From the NCBI GenBank assembly GCA_036676395.1, contig JAKFCY010000002.1:416001-480000 (forward strand): a stretch of DNA of 64,000 nt, given 5' to 3'. Made by a program: the position numbers and the translations under genes. Shown here in pieces: positions 28,326-38,639 of this stretch. Below the pieces are notes generated by a model. The model made no database searches and was not told the origin of the DNA. It saw nothing but the letters and a program-made list of their open reading frames with translations. The stretch comes from Bdellovibrio sp. GTDB lineage: Bacteria; Bdellovibrionota; Bdellovibrionia; Bdellovibrionales; Bdellovibrionaceae. Each line of letters begins with the position of its first letter. Position 1 is the stretch's first letter.

Positions 28326-29630
28326 ATGTCACAATCAAGAAGAGATTTTCTTAAACAAACAGGAATTATTTCGGCAGGGTTATTAGTGCTGCCAGTTGCA
28401 GGACAAGCGCAAGCTGATTTGTTTGCCGCCACTGCAAGTGGAACTTTTGCTATTCATCAGGGGTTAACTTTAGAAGATCTAACTTATATTAGTGTGCTTA
28501 GACAAATCGCTGACGAAATCAGTTTTGAAGTCGTTGATAGTCGCAACCGCCTCCAAAAATTTTTACTTTTAAGTGAACACCGCATGGAAGGTTCAAATTT
28601 ACAACTAGACAAATTAAAGGTGATTAACCTGCGTTTAGGCGAGACCTATCGTTTTCGTATTTTAGACAGTAAAAAACGGGTGCTTGATGAGCGTTTTTTT
28701 AAAGCTTTAGATACAAATAAAAAAATGCCAAAAATTGTTGTCGCTAGTTGTATGAATGAGTTTTTTAAATCGGCGTGTGTTAAAATGTGGGCCTCATTGA
28801 AAGAGGCTAATCCAGACGTAGTTTTTTTAATCGGAGACACTTGTTATGCTGATCTAAAAAATGATGGTACGCCGCTGGGTTACTGGCAGCGCTACACTAA
28901 AGTCAGGAATAGCATTGGTATTTTTCGTCATAAAAATTTAACACCGATTTTAGCTGCATGGGATGATCATGATTATGCCGTAGACGGTGCTGATGGATCT
29001 TTTCTGCAAAAACAGTTTACGCTGGAATTATTTTCTACATTTTGGCTGCATCCTGAAGAAAGAAACTATCGGCGCGGCTTAGGCGTATCGCAAGATATCA
29101 CTTTATTCGGGCAAAAATTTTATTTAACAGATTGCCGTTACTACCGCAGTGACGATTCGCATTTCGGTGACGAACAAGAAGAAAAGCTCATTGCTGATTT
29201 GCAAAACGACACAAAACCAATTTGGTTAATGAATGGCAGTCAGTTTTTTGGCGGCTATTTAAAAGAAGATGCTTTCGAATACAAACAGCCCAAAAATTTT
29301 AAAGAGTTTTGCAAAAAATTAAAATCTGTGGATGCGCCCGTGTGTTTTGTATCCGGAGATATTCATTATTCAGAATTAATGGAAATTGATCCAGAAGTTT
29401 TAGGATATAAAACTTTTGAAATTACATCGAGCTCGATTCACAGCTTAACGTTTCTACAGCTGCATAATTTCAAAAAAAATCCTCGCCGCATAAAAAAATG
29501 CGCCACAAGTAAACATAATTTTAATGTGATCACTATTGATAACAGCAGTGATCAATTTAAATTCAATGTGTCATGTCAGGGCGACGAAAGAAAACCGTAT
29601 TATCAGAAATCTTTAGAAATTGTACGTTAA
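28326..29630 (+). CDS. Tat-exported PhoD-like alkaline phosphatase/phosphodiesterase
   Basis: SRRDFLK twin-arginine signal; GDTCYAD, WDDHD, DCRYYR, SGDIH motifs. Confidence 0.88.
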   Translation: MSQSRRDFLKQTGIISAGLLVLPVAGQAQADLFAATASGTFAIHQGLTLEDLTYISVLRQIADEISFEVVDSRNRLQKFLLLSEHRMEGSNLQLDKLKVINLRLGETYRFRILDSKKRVLDERFFKALDTNKKMPKIVVASCMNEFFKSACVKMWASLKEANPDVVFLIGDTCYADLKNDGTPLGYWQRYTKVRNSIGIFRHKNLTPILAAWDDHDYAVDGADGSFLQKQFTLELFSTFWLHPEERNYRRGLGVSQDITLFGQKFYLTDCRYYRSDDSHFGDEQEEKLIADLQNDTKPIWLMNGSQFFGGYLKEDAFEYKQPKNFKEFCKKLKSVDAPVCFVSGDIHYSELMEIDPEVLGYKTFEITSSSIHSLTFLQLHNFKKNPRRIKKCATSKHNFNVITIDNSSDQFKFNVSCQGDERKPYYQKSLEIVR

Positions 29631-29633
29631 CAA

Positions 29634-30149
29634 TTAGTAGACCTTGCTTAAATCACAAGAGTATTTTCCAGGTGCGTAGTTAAACATACGTGTCTGGCGC
29701 AGCTCTTTAAAATGCGAATCAGAATTCGAAGCCGAAGCATAAGGAAAGATCGCAATGCCGCCCCGCGGAGTAAATTCACCAATCACTTCGACGTATTTTG
29801 GTTTCATTAATTTAACTAAGTCATTGCAAATTGTTTGAATGCAGTCTTCATGAAAATCACCGTGATTGCGAAAGCTAAAAAGATAAAGTTTCAAAGATTT
29901 ACTTTCGACCATTTTTTTATCGGCGATATAATTAATAAAAACTTTGGCAAAATCAGGTTGGCCAGTTTTAGGACACAAAGAAGTAAATTCCGTACATACA
30001 AAAGTTGTCCATGCGATATCTTTGGGGTTTTTATTATCAAAAGCTTCTAGAAGTTTCGGCGAATATTCAAAATTGTACTGAGTGTTGTTTTCGCCCAGTT
30101 TAAAATTTTTCAGTTCTGCAGGCGTTCTTCCAGATTTATTTTTTTTCAT
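29634..30149 (-). CDS. queF: NADPH-dependent preQ0 reductase (type I)
   Basis: [31 protein letters not shown]; start at ATG 30149. Confidence 0.95.
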   Translation of the reverse strand: MKKNKSGRTPAELKNFKLGENNTQYNFEYSPKLLEAFDNKNPKDIAWTTFVCTEFTSLCPKTGQPDFAKVFINYIADKKMVESKSLKLYLFSFRNHGDFHEDCIQTICNDLVKLMKPKYVEVIGEFTPRGGIAIFPYASASNSDSHFKELRQTRMFNYAPGKYSCDLSKVY

Positions 30150-30305
30150 GTGCTCTACATAGCTGATTTTATGACTAAATGCTAATGATTTCCTCAATTG
30201 GGTGGTTTCTTCAGGATCTTTAGAAATTTTAAAAACATTAGTATTTTCAAATAGTTATAAACTTTTTCTTGCTATTGATTCCGAAGGTGTGCTAGTTATG
30301 TAAAA

Positions 30306-31382
30306 ATGTTTTATCAATGGTTATATTCACTTGCAGAGCAGCATTCAATTTTCAACGTTTTTCGTTACATCACAGTTAGAACTTTTATCTCGTTATTCAC
30401 GGGTTTTTTCTTGTGTCTAATCTGGGGCCCTTATTTTATCGAAAGTTTAAAGAAAAAACATTTCGGTCAGTCTATCCGCGATGACGGTCCGCAAACGCAT
30501 AAGAAAAAAGCGGGTACACCAACAATGGGCGGCTGGTTAATTTTATTAAGTTCATTGGTGTCGTTAGTGTTATGGGTCGATGTTTTTAATCCACTCGTAA
30601 TTGCAACAGTTGTAATCACTTGGGGTTTTGGGCTTATCGGTTATGCCGATGACTATTTAAAAGTTTCTAAGAAAAACACCAAAGGTTTGTCAGGCAAGCT
30701 TCGCTTAGCCGGAGAATTTTTAATTTCCGGAATCGCGATCTTCATATTAATTAAGTATTACAATTTCAACACGGCCTTGTCGTTACCATTTGTTAAAAAC
30801 ATCTCTGTTGATCTGGGCTATTTCTATGTCGTATTCGGAGCCCTAGTGATTACTGGAACTGCCAACGCGGTAAATTTAACTGATGGCTTAGACGGTTTAG
30901 CTATCGTGCCGGTGATTATTTCAGCTACGACTTTGGCGATTTTTGCTTATGTTTCAGGGCATGCTTCGATTGCTAATTATTTACAAATCCCGCACATCTC
31001 TGGGGCGGGTGAATTGGCTCCACTAGCTGCCGCGATGGTTGCCGGAAGCTTAGGCTTTTTATGGTTTAACTCTTACCCGGCACAAGTATTTATGGGCGAT
31101 GTCGGGAGCTTAAGCTTGGGTGGTTTTTTAGGAACCATGGCTGTGATTACAAAAAATGAACTTTTGATGGTTGTTTTGGGCGGAGTATTTGTGGTTGAAG
31201 CCTTATCGGTGATCACGCAAGTAGCTTCATTTAAATTAACCGGAAAAAGAGTTTTTAAAATGGCTCCGCTACATCACCATTATGAACTTGGTGGTTTAAC
31301 AGAGACTAAGATTATTGTGCGTTTTTGGATTATTTCAATTTTATTAGCAGCGCTAAGTTTAGCGACGCTAAAATTAAGATAG
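30306..31382 (+). CDS. mraY: Phospho-MurNAc-pentapeptide transferase
   Basis: [37 protein letters not shown]. Confidence 0.98.
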   Translation: MFYQWLYSLAEQHSIFNVFRYITVRTFISLFTGFFLCLIWGPYFIESLKKKHFGQSIRDDGPQTHKKKAGTPTMGGWLILLSSLVSLVLWVDVFNPLVIATVVITWGFGLIGYADDYLKVSKKNTKGLSGKLRLAGEFLISGIAIFILIKYYNFNTALSLPFVKNISVDLGYFYVVFGALVITGTANAVNLTDGLDGLAIVPVIISATTLAIFAYVSGHASIANYLQIPHISGAGELAPLAAAMVAGSLGFLWFNSYPAQVFMGDVGSLSLGGFLGTMAVITKNELLMVVLGGVFVVEALSVITQVASFKLTGKRVFKMAPLHHHYELGGLTETKIIVRFWIISILLAALSLATLKLR

Positions 31383-31391
31383 GATTACGAT

Positions 31392-32783
31392 ATGTGGACA
31401 GAACTTTCAGAACTTAAAGATAAAAAAATTCTTGTTGTGGGTCTTGGTAAAACAGGTGTTTCTTTAGCTAAGTTTTTAACTAAATACGAAGCCAATGTGA
31501 CAATCACTGATCATAAATCTAAGCCTGAATTATCAGCGCAATTAGACCAGCTTGAAGGTTACACTAACATCAAGTTCGAATTAGGATCACACTCACCAAA
31601 AACATTCTTATCGCAAGATTTAGTGATTTTATCTCCGGGTGTAGCATCGCATTTAAAAATCTTTGAATACGCACGCCAACAAGGTGTAAAAATCACTGGT
31701 GAATTCGAATTCGCTGTGGGCTTTATCAAAGAGCCAGTCGCTGCCGTTACCGGAACAAATGGTAAAACTACAATCGCTCGTTTAGCTGAAGCTATGCTTA
31801 AAGAAAGCGGTATCGAAGTTTGGGTCGGTGGTTCAAACGAAAATCCAATTACAAATTACTTATTAGAAGAGAAAAAAGCTAAACTAGTTATTGCTGAAGT
31901 TTCAGGTTTTATGCTTGAGCATTGCGTAAATTTCAATCCAGCAAATGTTGTATTTTGTAACTTAGCTGAAAATCACTTAGATCGTTATCGTTCAATGGAA
32001 GAATACGTTAATGCAAAACGTAAAGTGTTTAAAAACACAAACCAAGCTACGACTTCGATTTTAAATGCTGATGATAACGCGGTTGTTGAATTAGCCCGTG
32101 ATCCTTCGGTTCAGCGCGGCCGCATTTTTTACTTCTCTAGAAAACCAGCTTTAGAACCACAAATCATGAATATCGGCGGAGCGGTTAATATCGGTGACGA
32201 AATCAAGGTTCGCACTGGTCCAGATATCGAATCTTTCAGCGTCAAAGGCATTAAAATGAAAGGTAAACATTCTGTTGAAAACGTAATGGCTGCCTTACTT
32301 TTAGCCCGTGAATACGGCGCAACACATGATCCGATTCAACGTGCGATCGATAATTTCGCAGGCCTTAAGCACCGTTTGGAGTACGTTCGCAAAGTGGGCG
32401 GAGTTTTATTCTACAACGACTCAAAAGCCACTAACGTGCACGCTGTATTACGTTCATTAGACTGTTTTGATGAAAACGTAATTTTGATTGCTGGTGGTAA
32501 AGACACTAATCTTAACTACGAACCTTTACGTAACATGATCAAACGTAAGGTAAAATGTTTAATTCTAGTGGGTGAGGCCAAAGAGCGCATCAACCGTGAT
32601 TTAGGTGATTTTACTGAAACTTACCTGATCGGGACGTTTGAAGAGGCAGTTTTGATCGCTTATCAAAAATCTCGTATCGCTGACATCGTTCTACTTTCTC
32701 CGGCTTGCTCAAGCTTTGATATGTTTGACAGTTACGAAGAGAGAGGCGACTATTTTAAAGAGATCGTCAAAAAATTCAGATAA
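31392..32783 (+). CDS. murD: UDP-MurNAc-L-Ala:D-Glu ligase
   Basis: GLGKTG, GTNGKTT, NDSKATN, SPACSSFD. Confidence 0.96.
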   Translation: MWTELSELKDKKILVVGLGKTGVSLAKFLTKYEANVTITDHKSKPELSAQLDQLEGYTNIKFELGSHSPKTFLSQDLVILSPGVASHLKIFEYARQQGVKITGEFEFAVGFIKEPVAAVTGTNGKTTIARLAEAMLKESGIEVWVGGSNENPITNYLLEEKKAKLVIAEVSGFMLEHCVNFNPANVVFCNLAENHLDRYRSMEEYVNAKRKVFKNTNQATTSILNADDNAVVELARDPSVQRGRIFYFSRKPALEPQIMNIGGAVNIGDEIKVRTGPDIESFSVKGIKMKGKHSVENVMAALLLAREYGATHDPIQRAIDNFAGLKHRLEYVRKVGGVLFYNDSKATNVHAVLRSLDCFDENVILIAGGKDTNLNYEPLRNMIKRKVKCLILVGEAKERINRDLGDFTETYLIGTFEEAVLIAYQKSRIADIVLLSPACSSFDMFDSYEERGDYFKEIVKKFR

Positions 32784-32792
32784 GTTAACTTC

Positions 32793-32835
32793 GGTTTGCT
32801 CCGTCTGGATTCATAATCTTTCGACGGAGTAGACT
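32793..32835 (+). promoter_or_regulatory. Hairpin occluding the ftsW Shine-Dalgarno
   Basis: GGTTTGCTCCGTC pairs with GACGGAGTAGACT (13 bp including G-U) and ends at the TTG start. Confidence 0.55.
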
Positions 32836-33945
32836 TTGAAAAACATCAAGCTTCAGACAAAATTTTTATCTTCTAGTCTTTTTCTATCTATTTTTGCGCT
32901 TTTGGGCGTGGGATTAGTTCAGGTTTACAGTTCAAGTTACATTTTCGCGATCGAATCTTACGGCGATGGCCTTTACTTTTTTAAACGCCAAGCGATTTTT
33001 ACAGTTCTAGGTATTATCGCTTTAGTTATAGCTGTGCAAATTCCTTTCGAAAAAATTCGCAAATGGGGTTGGGCTTTGTGGGTCGCAGCTGCAGTGTTAT
33101 TGTTTGCGACATTTATCCCGGGTCTTGGGGTTCGCGTGGGTGGAGCTCTTCGTTGGATACAGTTACCTTTGGGTTTTCGTTTTGAGCCTTCTGAGTTATT
33201 AAAAATTGCTTTTAGTTTTTTGGTGGCAAGTATTGTGTGTAAACACCAAAACTCTTTACGCAATGTAAAAGCTGGCTGGCTTGGATTAATTTTATTGGTT
33301 CCGATTTTAATTTTATTGAAACAACCAGATTTTGGAAGTTTTGCAATTATCATAGCGGTGGGTGTTGCGCTGTTATTTACTTTTGGTTTGTCGATTAAAT
33401 ATTTATTCGCAGGCGGACTAGCTGCAATTCCGGCATTTTACTTTCTGGTATGGAACGTAGCTTATCGTAAAGCGCGTGTTCAGGCCTTTATAGACCCGTG
33501 GTCAGATCCTGCAAAAAAAGGATTTCAGGTTATTCAAAGTATGTTGGCAATCCATTCAGGTGGTTTGACTGGAGAAGGCTTAGGGCAAAGTCAGGGTAAA
33601 TTATTTTTCTTACCCGAAGCTCACACTGATTTTACCATGGCCATTTTAGGTGAAGAAAATGGTTTCTTGGGAATCTGTGCTGTCTTAATCTTATTTGGGT
33701 TTGTAGTGTTTCGTGGGTTTCGCATCGCCATCAAAACAGAAGATTTATTTAAAAAAACTTTAGCCCTTGGTTTAACAATCACTTTTGCGCTTTCGGTGTT
33801 TATTAATATGGGTGTAGTAATGGGGTTATTGCCAACTAAAGGTTTAACGATGCCATTTTTAAGTTACGGCGGTAGTTCGCTTGTGATTATTTGTTTTATG
33901 TTCGGCATTTTACTGAATATCGAAGCTTCAGAAAATTATCGGTAA
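32836..33945 (+). CDS. ftsW: SEDS peptidoglycan polymerase FtsW
   Basis: EPSELLK, QPDFG, LPEAHTDF, SYGGSS; lies between murD and murG. Confidence 0.95.
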   Translation: MKNIKLQTKFLSSSLFLSIFALLGVGLVQVYSSSYIFAIESYGDGLYFFKRQAIFTVLGIIALVIAVQIPFEKIRKWGWALWVAAAVLLFATFIPGLGVRVGGALRWIQLPLGFRFEPSELLKIAFSFLVASIVCKHQNSLRNVKAGWLGLILLVPILILLKQPDFGSFAIIIAVGVALLFTFGLSIKYLFAGGLAAIPAFYFLVWNVAYRKARVQAFIDPWSDPAKKGFQVIQSMLAIHSGGLTGEGLGQSQGKLFFLPEAHTDFTMAILGEENGFLGICAVLILFGFVVFRGFRIAIKTEDLFKKTLALGLTITFALSVFINMGVVMGLLPTKGLTMPFLSYGGSSLVIICFMFGILLNIEASENYR

Positions 33946-33951
33946 GAATCT

Positions 33952-35046
33952 ATGTCAGCGAAACAAAATAAAATTATCATTGCAGGTGGGGGAACCGGTG
34001 GACACATCTATCCGGCGATTTCAATTGCTGAGGCCATCTTAAAAAAAGATGCCACTGCTGATATTTTATTTGTGGGCACGCCCCAGGGTATGGAATCCCG
34101 TATTATTCCTAAAGCCGGATACAAATTAAAATTAATCCAAAGCGGAAAATTAAACATGAAGGGTCAGTTTTTTACTAAGCTAAGTACTTTAGTGAAAATC
34201 CCTTTCGGTATTTTGCAATCGTTCTGGATTATTTTAACTTATCGTCCGCAGTTTGTTCTGGGTGTTGGCGGTTATGCTTCTGCGCCCATGTTACTGGCGG
34301 CAATGCTTTGTGGTCGTAAGACAGCACTTTGGGAAGCCAATGCGCATCCCGGAATGGCCAATCGTTTATTATCTAAATTTATTTCTAAAGCTTACTTGGT
34401 TTTCGATGCAGCTAAAAAAGGAATGTCTTCAAAGCAAATTAGTGTTTGGGGTATGCCTTTACGTTCTGAAATTGAAAGAATTTGCGAAACCAAATCTATC
34501 AAGGCAAATTCGACATTCACCATCATTTGTACAGGCGGAAGCCAAGGCAGTATGTTTTTGAATGATCGGCTAAGTGATTTAATTCTGCAAAACCCGCAAT
34601 GGCATAACCAAATTAAAGTTTTTCATCAGACTGGGGTTCTGGATTTTAATCGCATTAAAGCTAAATACGCAGGTTTAGCCTGTGTTGAAGTGATGGATTA
34701 CATTTACGATATGCCAAGCTATTACCAGCAAGCTGATATGCATTTTTGCCGGGGCGGGGCCGGGTCGATTACAGAAACAGCAGCTTTTGGCGTTGTTCCG
34801 GTGGTTGTACCTCTTCCTGCAGCCGATAATCACCAGCAGCATAATGCTGAAGCGTTAGTGCGTGCCGAAGCAGGTTACATGTTATTACAAAAGCAATTTG
34901 ATCAAGAGCAATTTAAAAAAATTATCACTGAATTAATGCAAAATTCTTTACTTAAAAGTAAAATGTCAAAAAATCTAAAGCAATTGGTTCCACTAAAAGC
35001 CTCTCATAAAATTGCGAATGATATTTTAGAAAGTATTCAACTATGA
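33952..35046 (+). CDS. murG: Lipid II GlcNAc transferase
   Basis: GGGTGGH, GGY, GGSQG, HQQHNA. Confidence 0.95.
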   Translation: MSAKQNKIIIAGGGTGGHIYPAISIAEAILKKDATADILFVGTPQGMESRIIPKAGYKLKLIQSGKLNMKGQFFTKLSTLVKIPFGILQSFWIILTYRPQFVLGVGGYASAPMLLAAMLCGRKTALWEANAHPGMANRLLSKFISKAYLVFDAAKKGMSSKQISVWGMPLRSEIERICETKSIKANSTFTIICTGGSQGSMFLNDRLSDLILQNPQWHNQIKVFHQTGVLDFNRIKAKYAGLACVEVMDYIYDMPSYYQQADMHFCRGGAGSITETAAFGVVPVVVPLPAADNHQQHNAEALVRAEAGYMLLQKQFDQEQFKKIITELMQNSLLKSKMSKNLKQLVPLKASHKIANDILESIQL

Positions 35047-36392
35047 AAATAGAAAAAGCCAAGTTTCATTTTATCGGTATCGGCGGCATCGGCATGTGCG
35101 GGTTAGCCGAATTACTTCACAATTCTGGAGCCGTAGTTACTGGGTCTGATGCCGGTGAAAATGCAAATACAGAACGCCTAAAAAACCTGGGTGTTAAAGT
35201 TTACAAAGGTCATCAGGCTGAAAATATTGTTGATATTGATGTGGTTGTTTATTCAAGTGCGATTCCATTTACGAATCCTGAAATTCGCGAAGCTAAAGCC
35301 AGATCAATTCCGTTAATTCCTCGGGCTGAAGCTTTAGCTGAAATCATGCGTATTCGCCGCGGTATTGCGGTTGCTGGAACACACGGTAAAACTACAACGA
35401 CATCTATGATTTCTTCAATCTTTCTTGAAGCCGGTCAAAGCCCTACAATTGTTGTGGGTGGTCGTTTTGAAAGAATTAAATCTACAGCTATTTTAGGTAA
35501 AGGTGATTGGTTAATCGCTGAAGCCGATGAATCAGACGGAAGTTTTAATAAACTTTCTCCCGAAATTTCAATTATCACAAATATTGATTCAGACCATATG
35601 GATCATTACAAAACTTTTGAAAATCTTAAAAAAGCGTTTTTAGAGTTTGCTTACCGTGTTCCGTTTTACGGCGCAGTAGTTGTATTTGGTGATGATCCCA
35701 TCACGCGTCAGTTGTTTGATAATTTTAATAAAAGAATTTTATTCTACGGTTTTAATGAAAATAATGACTACGTTCTAAAAGGCGAAAAAGGTAATTACAC
35801 TTTATCTAAAGCCGGAAAACTTTTAGGCAGCTTTAAAATTCAATTGCCGGGGTTACATAATGCTTTAAATGCAACAGCTTCAATTGTTGCTGCGATGGCT
35901 GCGGGAATTGATTTTGAATCTTGCGCTAAAGGTATTGAGCAATTTGAAGGTGTCGATCGTCGGTTTCACTTTAAAGGCGAAACTCACGGTATTAAAGTTT
36001 ACGATGATTACGGTCATCATCCTACAGAAGTTCGTGCAACGCTGCAGGCTTTCAAAGAAAAATTCGATAAAAATAGGCTTGTGGTTTACTTTCAACCACA
36101 TCGTTATTCGCGCACCCAACACTGTTGGCAAGATTTTAAAACCTGTTTCGTGCAAACGGATGTTTTATTATTAGGTGATGTCTACGCCGCCGGCGAAGCA
36201 CCAATTCCAGGAATTTCTTCTGAAAAACTTATTGAAGAGATGAATCAAAAAAATACTGTTCATGCTCCTAAGGCTGATCAGTTGCAAATGATCTTAAAAG
36301 AACTGCGTACAGGTGATGTGTTTTTAACTCTGGGTGCCGGCGATGGCTGGAAATTAGGTTTAGATGTCCTTGAAAATCTCGCAAAACGTTAA
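35043..36392 (+). CDS. murC: UDP-MurNAc:L-Ala ligase
   Basis: GIGGIGM, GTHGKTTTT, EADESD, DDYGHHPTE, FQPHRYSR. Confidence 0.97.
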   Translation: MKIEKAKFHFIGIGGIGMCGLAELLHNSGAVVTGSDAGENANTERLKNLGVKVYKGHQAENIVDIDVVVYSSAIPFTNPEIREAKARSIPLIPRAEALAEIMRIRRGIAVAGTHGKTTTTSMISSIFLEAGQSPTIVVGGRFERIKSTAILGKGDWLIAEADESDGSFNKLSPEISIITNIDSDHMDHYKTFENLKKAFLEFAYRVPFYGAVVVFGDDPITRQLFDNFNKRILFYGFNENNDYVLKGEKGNYTLSKAGKLLGSFKIQLPGLHNALNATASIVAAMAAGIDFESCAKGIEQFEGVDRRFHFKGETHGIKVYDDYGHHPTEVRATLQAFKEKFDKNRLVVYFQPHRYSRTQHCWQDFKTCFVQTDVLLLGDVYAAGEAPIPGISSEKLIEEMNQKNTVHAPKADQLQMILKELRTGDVFLTLGAGDGWKLGLDVLENLAKR

Positions 36393-37257
36393 GCTTGCTG
36401 AATACACATCATGGATGGTCGGTGGTAACGCCGATCATTTTTGTTTGCCACAAACTCTTGAAGAGTTAAAAGAGGCGATCAGCTATGCTAAAGAAAATAA
36501 TTTGGCGATCACCATCCTAGGCGGCGGCACTAATGTTTTAGTTTCTGACGATGGCGTAGCTGGGTTAACCATTTGTTTACGTAGGCTTTCTAAAATCGCT
36601 TCGGTTGAAAAAGATGGTAAACTCCATATCGAAGCTTTATCTGGTACGGCAAAATCTGAGTTATTAAAAACTTTTTTAAAACAGAAACTAGCCCCAGCAC
36701 TATTTTTAGCCGGTCTTCCGGGCGATGTCGGTGGTGGCGTGGTGATGAATGCAGGCGTTGCTGAAGCATTTGTACCGCGTGAATTTATGGATTTTGTCGA
36801 CTGGGTTGAAGTAATGACTTTAGATTTAGAAACTATTCGTCTTGAAAAAAATCAGCTCAACATTAAATACCGTCACACCGATGGCTGGCAGCCGCATATT
36901 ATCGTGAATGTCGGCATGAGCTGGCCTCTTGAAACAGATCCTACGATCTTAGATAAAGTGCGCGAGGCAAATAAAATTCGTCTGAGTAAGCAGCCTTTAG
37001 ATATGCCTAGCTGCGGTTCGGTTTTTAAAAATCCCGAAGGTCATAAGGCCGCACAGCTTATCGATAGCACGGGCCTAAAGGGGTTTCGTGTGGGAGATGC
37101 GCAGGTTTCTCTAAAACATGCAAATTTCATCGTGAATCTTGAAAACGCTACCGCAAAGAACATCTCTGATGTGATTGCTCATGTGCAAAAGACTGTTGAA
37201 AAAGACAAAGGCGTAAAGCTCACCACAGAAGTCGTTCGTTTGGGCCGCTGGTCGTAA
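36364..37257 (+). CDS. murB: UDP-N-acetylenolpyruvoylglucosamine reductase
   Basis: GGGTN, MNAG, PSCGSVFKNP, HANFIVN. Confidence 0.96.
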   Translation: MSLKISQNVKLAEYTSWMVGGNADHFCLPQTLEELKEAISYAKENNLAITILGGGTNVLVSDDGVAGLTICLRRLSKIASVEKDGKLHIEALSGTAKSELLKTFLKQKLAPALFLAGLPGDVGGGVVMNAGVAEAFVPREFMDFVDWVEVMTLDLETIRLEKNQLNIKYRHTDGWQPHIIVNVGMSWPLETDPTILDKVREANKIRLSKQPLDMPSCGSVFKNPEGHKAAQLIDSTGLKGFRVGDAQVSLKHANFIVNLENATAKNISDVIAHVQKTVEKDKGVKLTTEVVRLGRWS

Positions 37258-37374
37258 GCGCAAACCATCACACTAACGCAAAATTTAGCCGCGTCATTTG
37301 ATTATAGTGCAATCGCACTATGGATATTCGTTTCATCATGAGACATTTTTAATAATAATTTTTCACTTCTTAAC

Positions 37375-37402
37375 TCAACGTTGGTCGAGTTCGCGCCGAT
37401 AA
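37375..37402 (+). promoter_or_regulatory. Sigma28-like promoter of hpf
   Basis: TCAA-N16-GCCGATAA (consensus -10). Confidence 0.65.
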
Positions 37403-37427
37403 ATAAGTAACTCAAAGGAGACGCTCT

Positions 37428-37799
37428 ATGAAGTCGAACTATACGTTCAAACATCTCGATTACTCTGAATCCCTGGTCAACTACACTAACGAGAAATTGG
37501 ACGAAATCGGTAAATTCTTGCTTAAAGAAGGACGTTGTACAGTTTATTACTGGAAGGACCATCACGAATTTCATTGTGAAGTGTCGATCAACTCTAAAGA
37601 AAAATTTTTTAAAGCTCATGGAACAGCTACCGACGTTTATGTCGCAGTTGATTTAATGATCGATAAAATGGAAAGACAATTCTTAAAAGTAAAAGAGATC
37701 TATCAAGATCATAAGAAATTTGATCTATCTAAAGAAGGTCGTATGAAAGAGATCAACGATCAAATGGAATACTTACCCAAAGGCCGCAAGGTCGCTTAG
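37428..37799 (+). CDS. hpf: Ribosome hibernation factor (HPF/RaiA family)
   Basis: S30AE pattern HLDYSESL..YTNEKL, DVYVAVDLMIDKMERQ; AAGGAG RBS. Confidence 0.85.
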   Translation: MKSNYTFKHLDYSESLVNYTNEKLDEIGKFLLKEGRCTVYYWKDHHEFHCEVSINSKEKFFKAHGTATDVYVAVDLMIDKMERQFLKVKEIYQDHKKFDLSKEGRMKEINDQMEYLPKGRKVA

Positions 37800-37824
37800 G
37801 TCTAAATTGCAGAAACCAAAACCC

Positions 37825-37861
37825 AGCCCCGTCGGACCTAAAGCGAACGGGGCTTTTTTTT
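37825..37861 (+). terminator. Intrinsic terminator after hpf
   Basis: AGCCCCGT...ACGGGGCT followed by a T run. Confidence 0.8.
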
Positions 37862-37883
37862 AACCCAGGCTACGGGAATTTTC

Positions 37884-38438
37884 ATGCATATTAAGAATAT
37901 AATTCTGACAAGTTTAATCGTTATAACAGCCACAGTTTCGTATGCCACCGATACGCGCGATATCGGCGAACAAGAAGGTGAGTTTGTTGTTGAATTGCGC
38001 CAACGGTCTGTAGAAGATATGGCCGAATCAACGGATAAGACTCAAAAATACATTCTTATTGTCGGTCAAAATAAAGATCTGACTAAAGATGATCTTATAG
38101 CAATTAAAGACTGTGTACTAGAAGTCCCGGCCACTGAAAAAAATAAACTGCTTCAGATGTTTGATGCCGAAGGTTCAACGGTTAGTGCACTTGCAGATAA
38201 TCTTCAGGCGCTTGCTTGCCAGAATTTCACCGCAGAACGTGAAAAAAAGGATCAGGTCGCATCAGTAACAACACCAAATTTCACCGGACTAAATGACTTT
38301 ATCTCAGAACATATGTTTAAATGCATTGCCGATCAGGTTGATAAATCTAATTGGACAAAAGTTGAAGATCGCGGTTTTAAAATTCCCAATTCATATTCGT
38401 TAGAAACAATTAAAAGATATTGTCCCAAGGGTTCATAG
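37884..38438 (+). CDS. Hypothetical secreted protein (4 Cys)
   Basis: Signal peptide; 184-aa ORF filling the gap. Confidence 0.7.
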   Translation: MHIKNIILTSLIVITATVSYATDTRDIGEQEGEFVVELRQRSVEDMAESTDKTQKYILIVGQNKDLTKDDLIAIKDCVLEVPATEKNKLLQMFDAEGSTVSALADNLQALACQNFTAEREKKDQVASVTTPNFTGLNDFISEHMFKCIADQVDKSNWTKVEDRGFKIPNSYSLETIKRYCPKGS

Positions 38439-38639
38439 CCTGAACTCGTCTTTATATCTACGGGGGCTTTTTTTGTCTCACTCTGAGATATTTAGCGCTC
38501 TTATTCACACAACATAATTATTGTAATGAAACATCGACTTGTTATTCGCTTGTCGCGACCAAAGGCCTAGTATTCTGTTATCAAGTTGCAGAGTGATCTG
38601 CATCAGAGAAGAATTAAGGTATTCACGAAGGAGTGTTAC

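Noticed and set aside
30150..30305. preQ1 riboswitch upstream of queF
   Set aside because: No preQ1-I stem-loop with the A-rich tail is recognisable on the minus strand.
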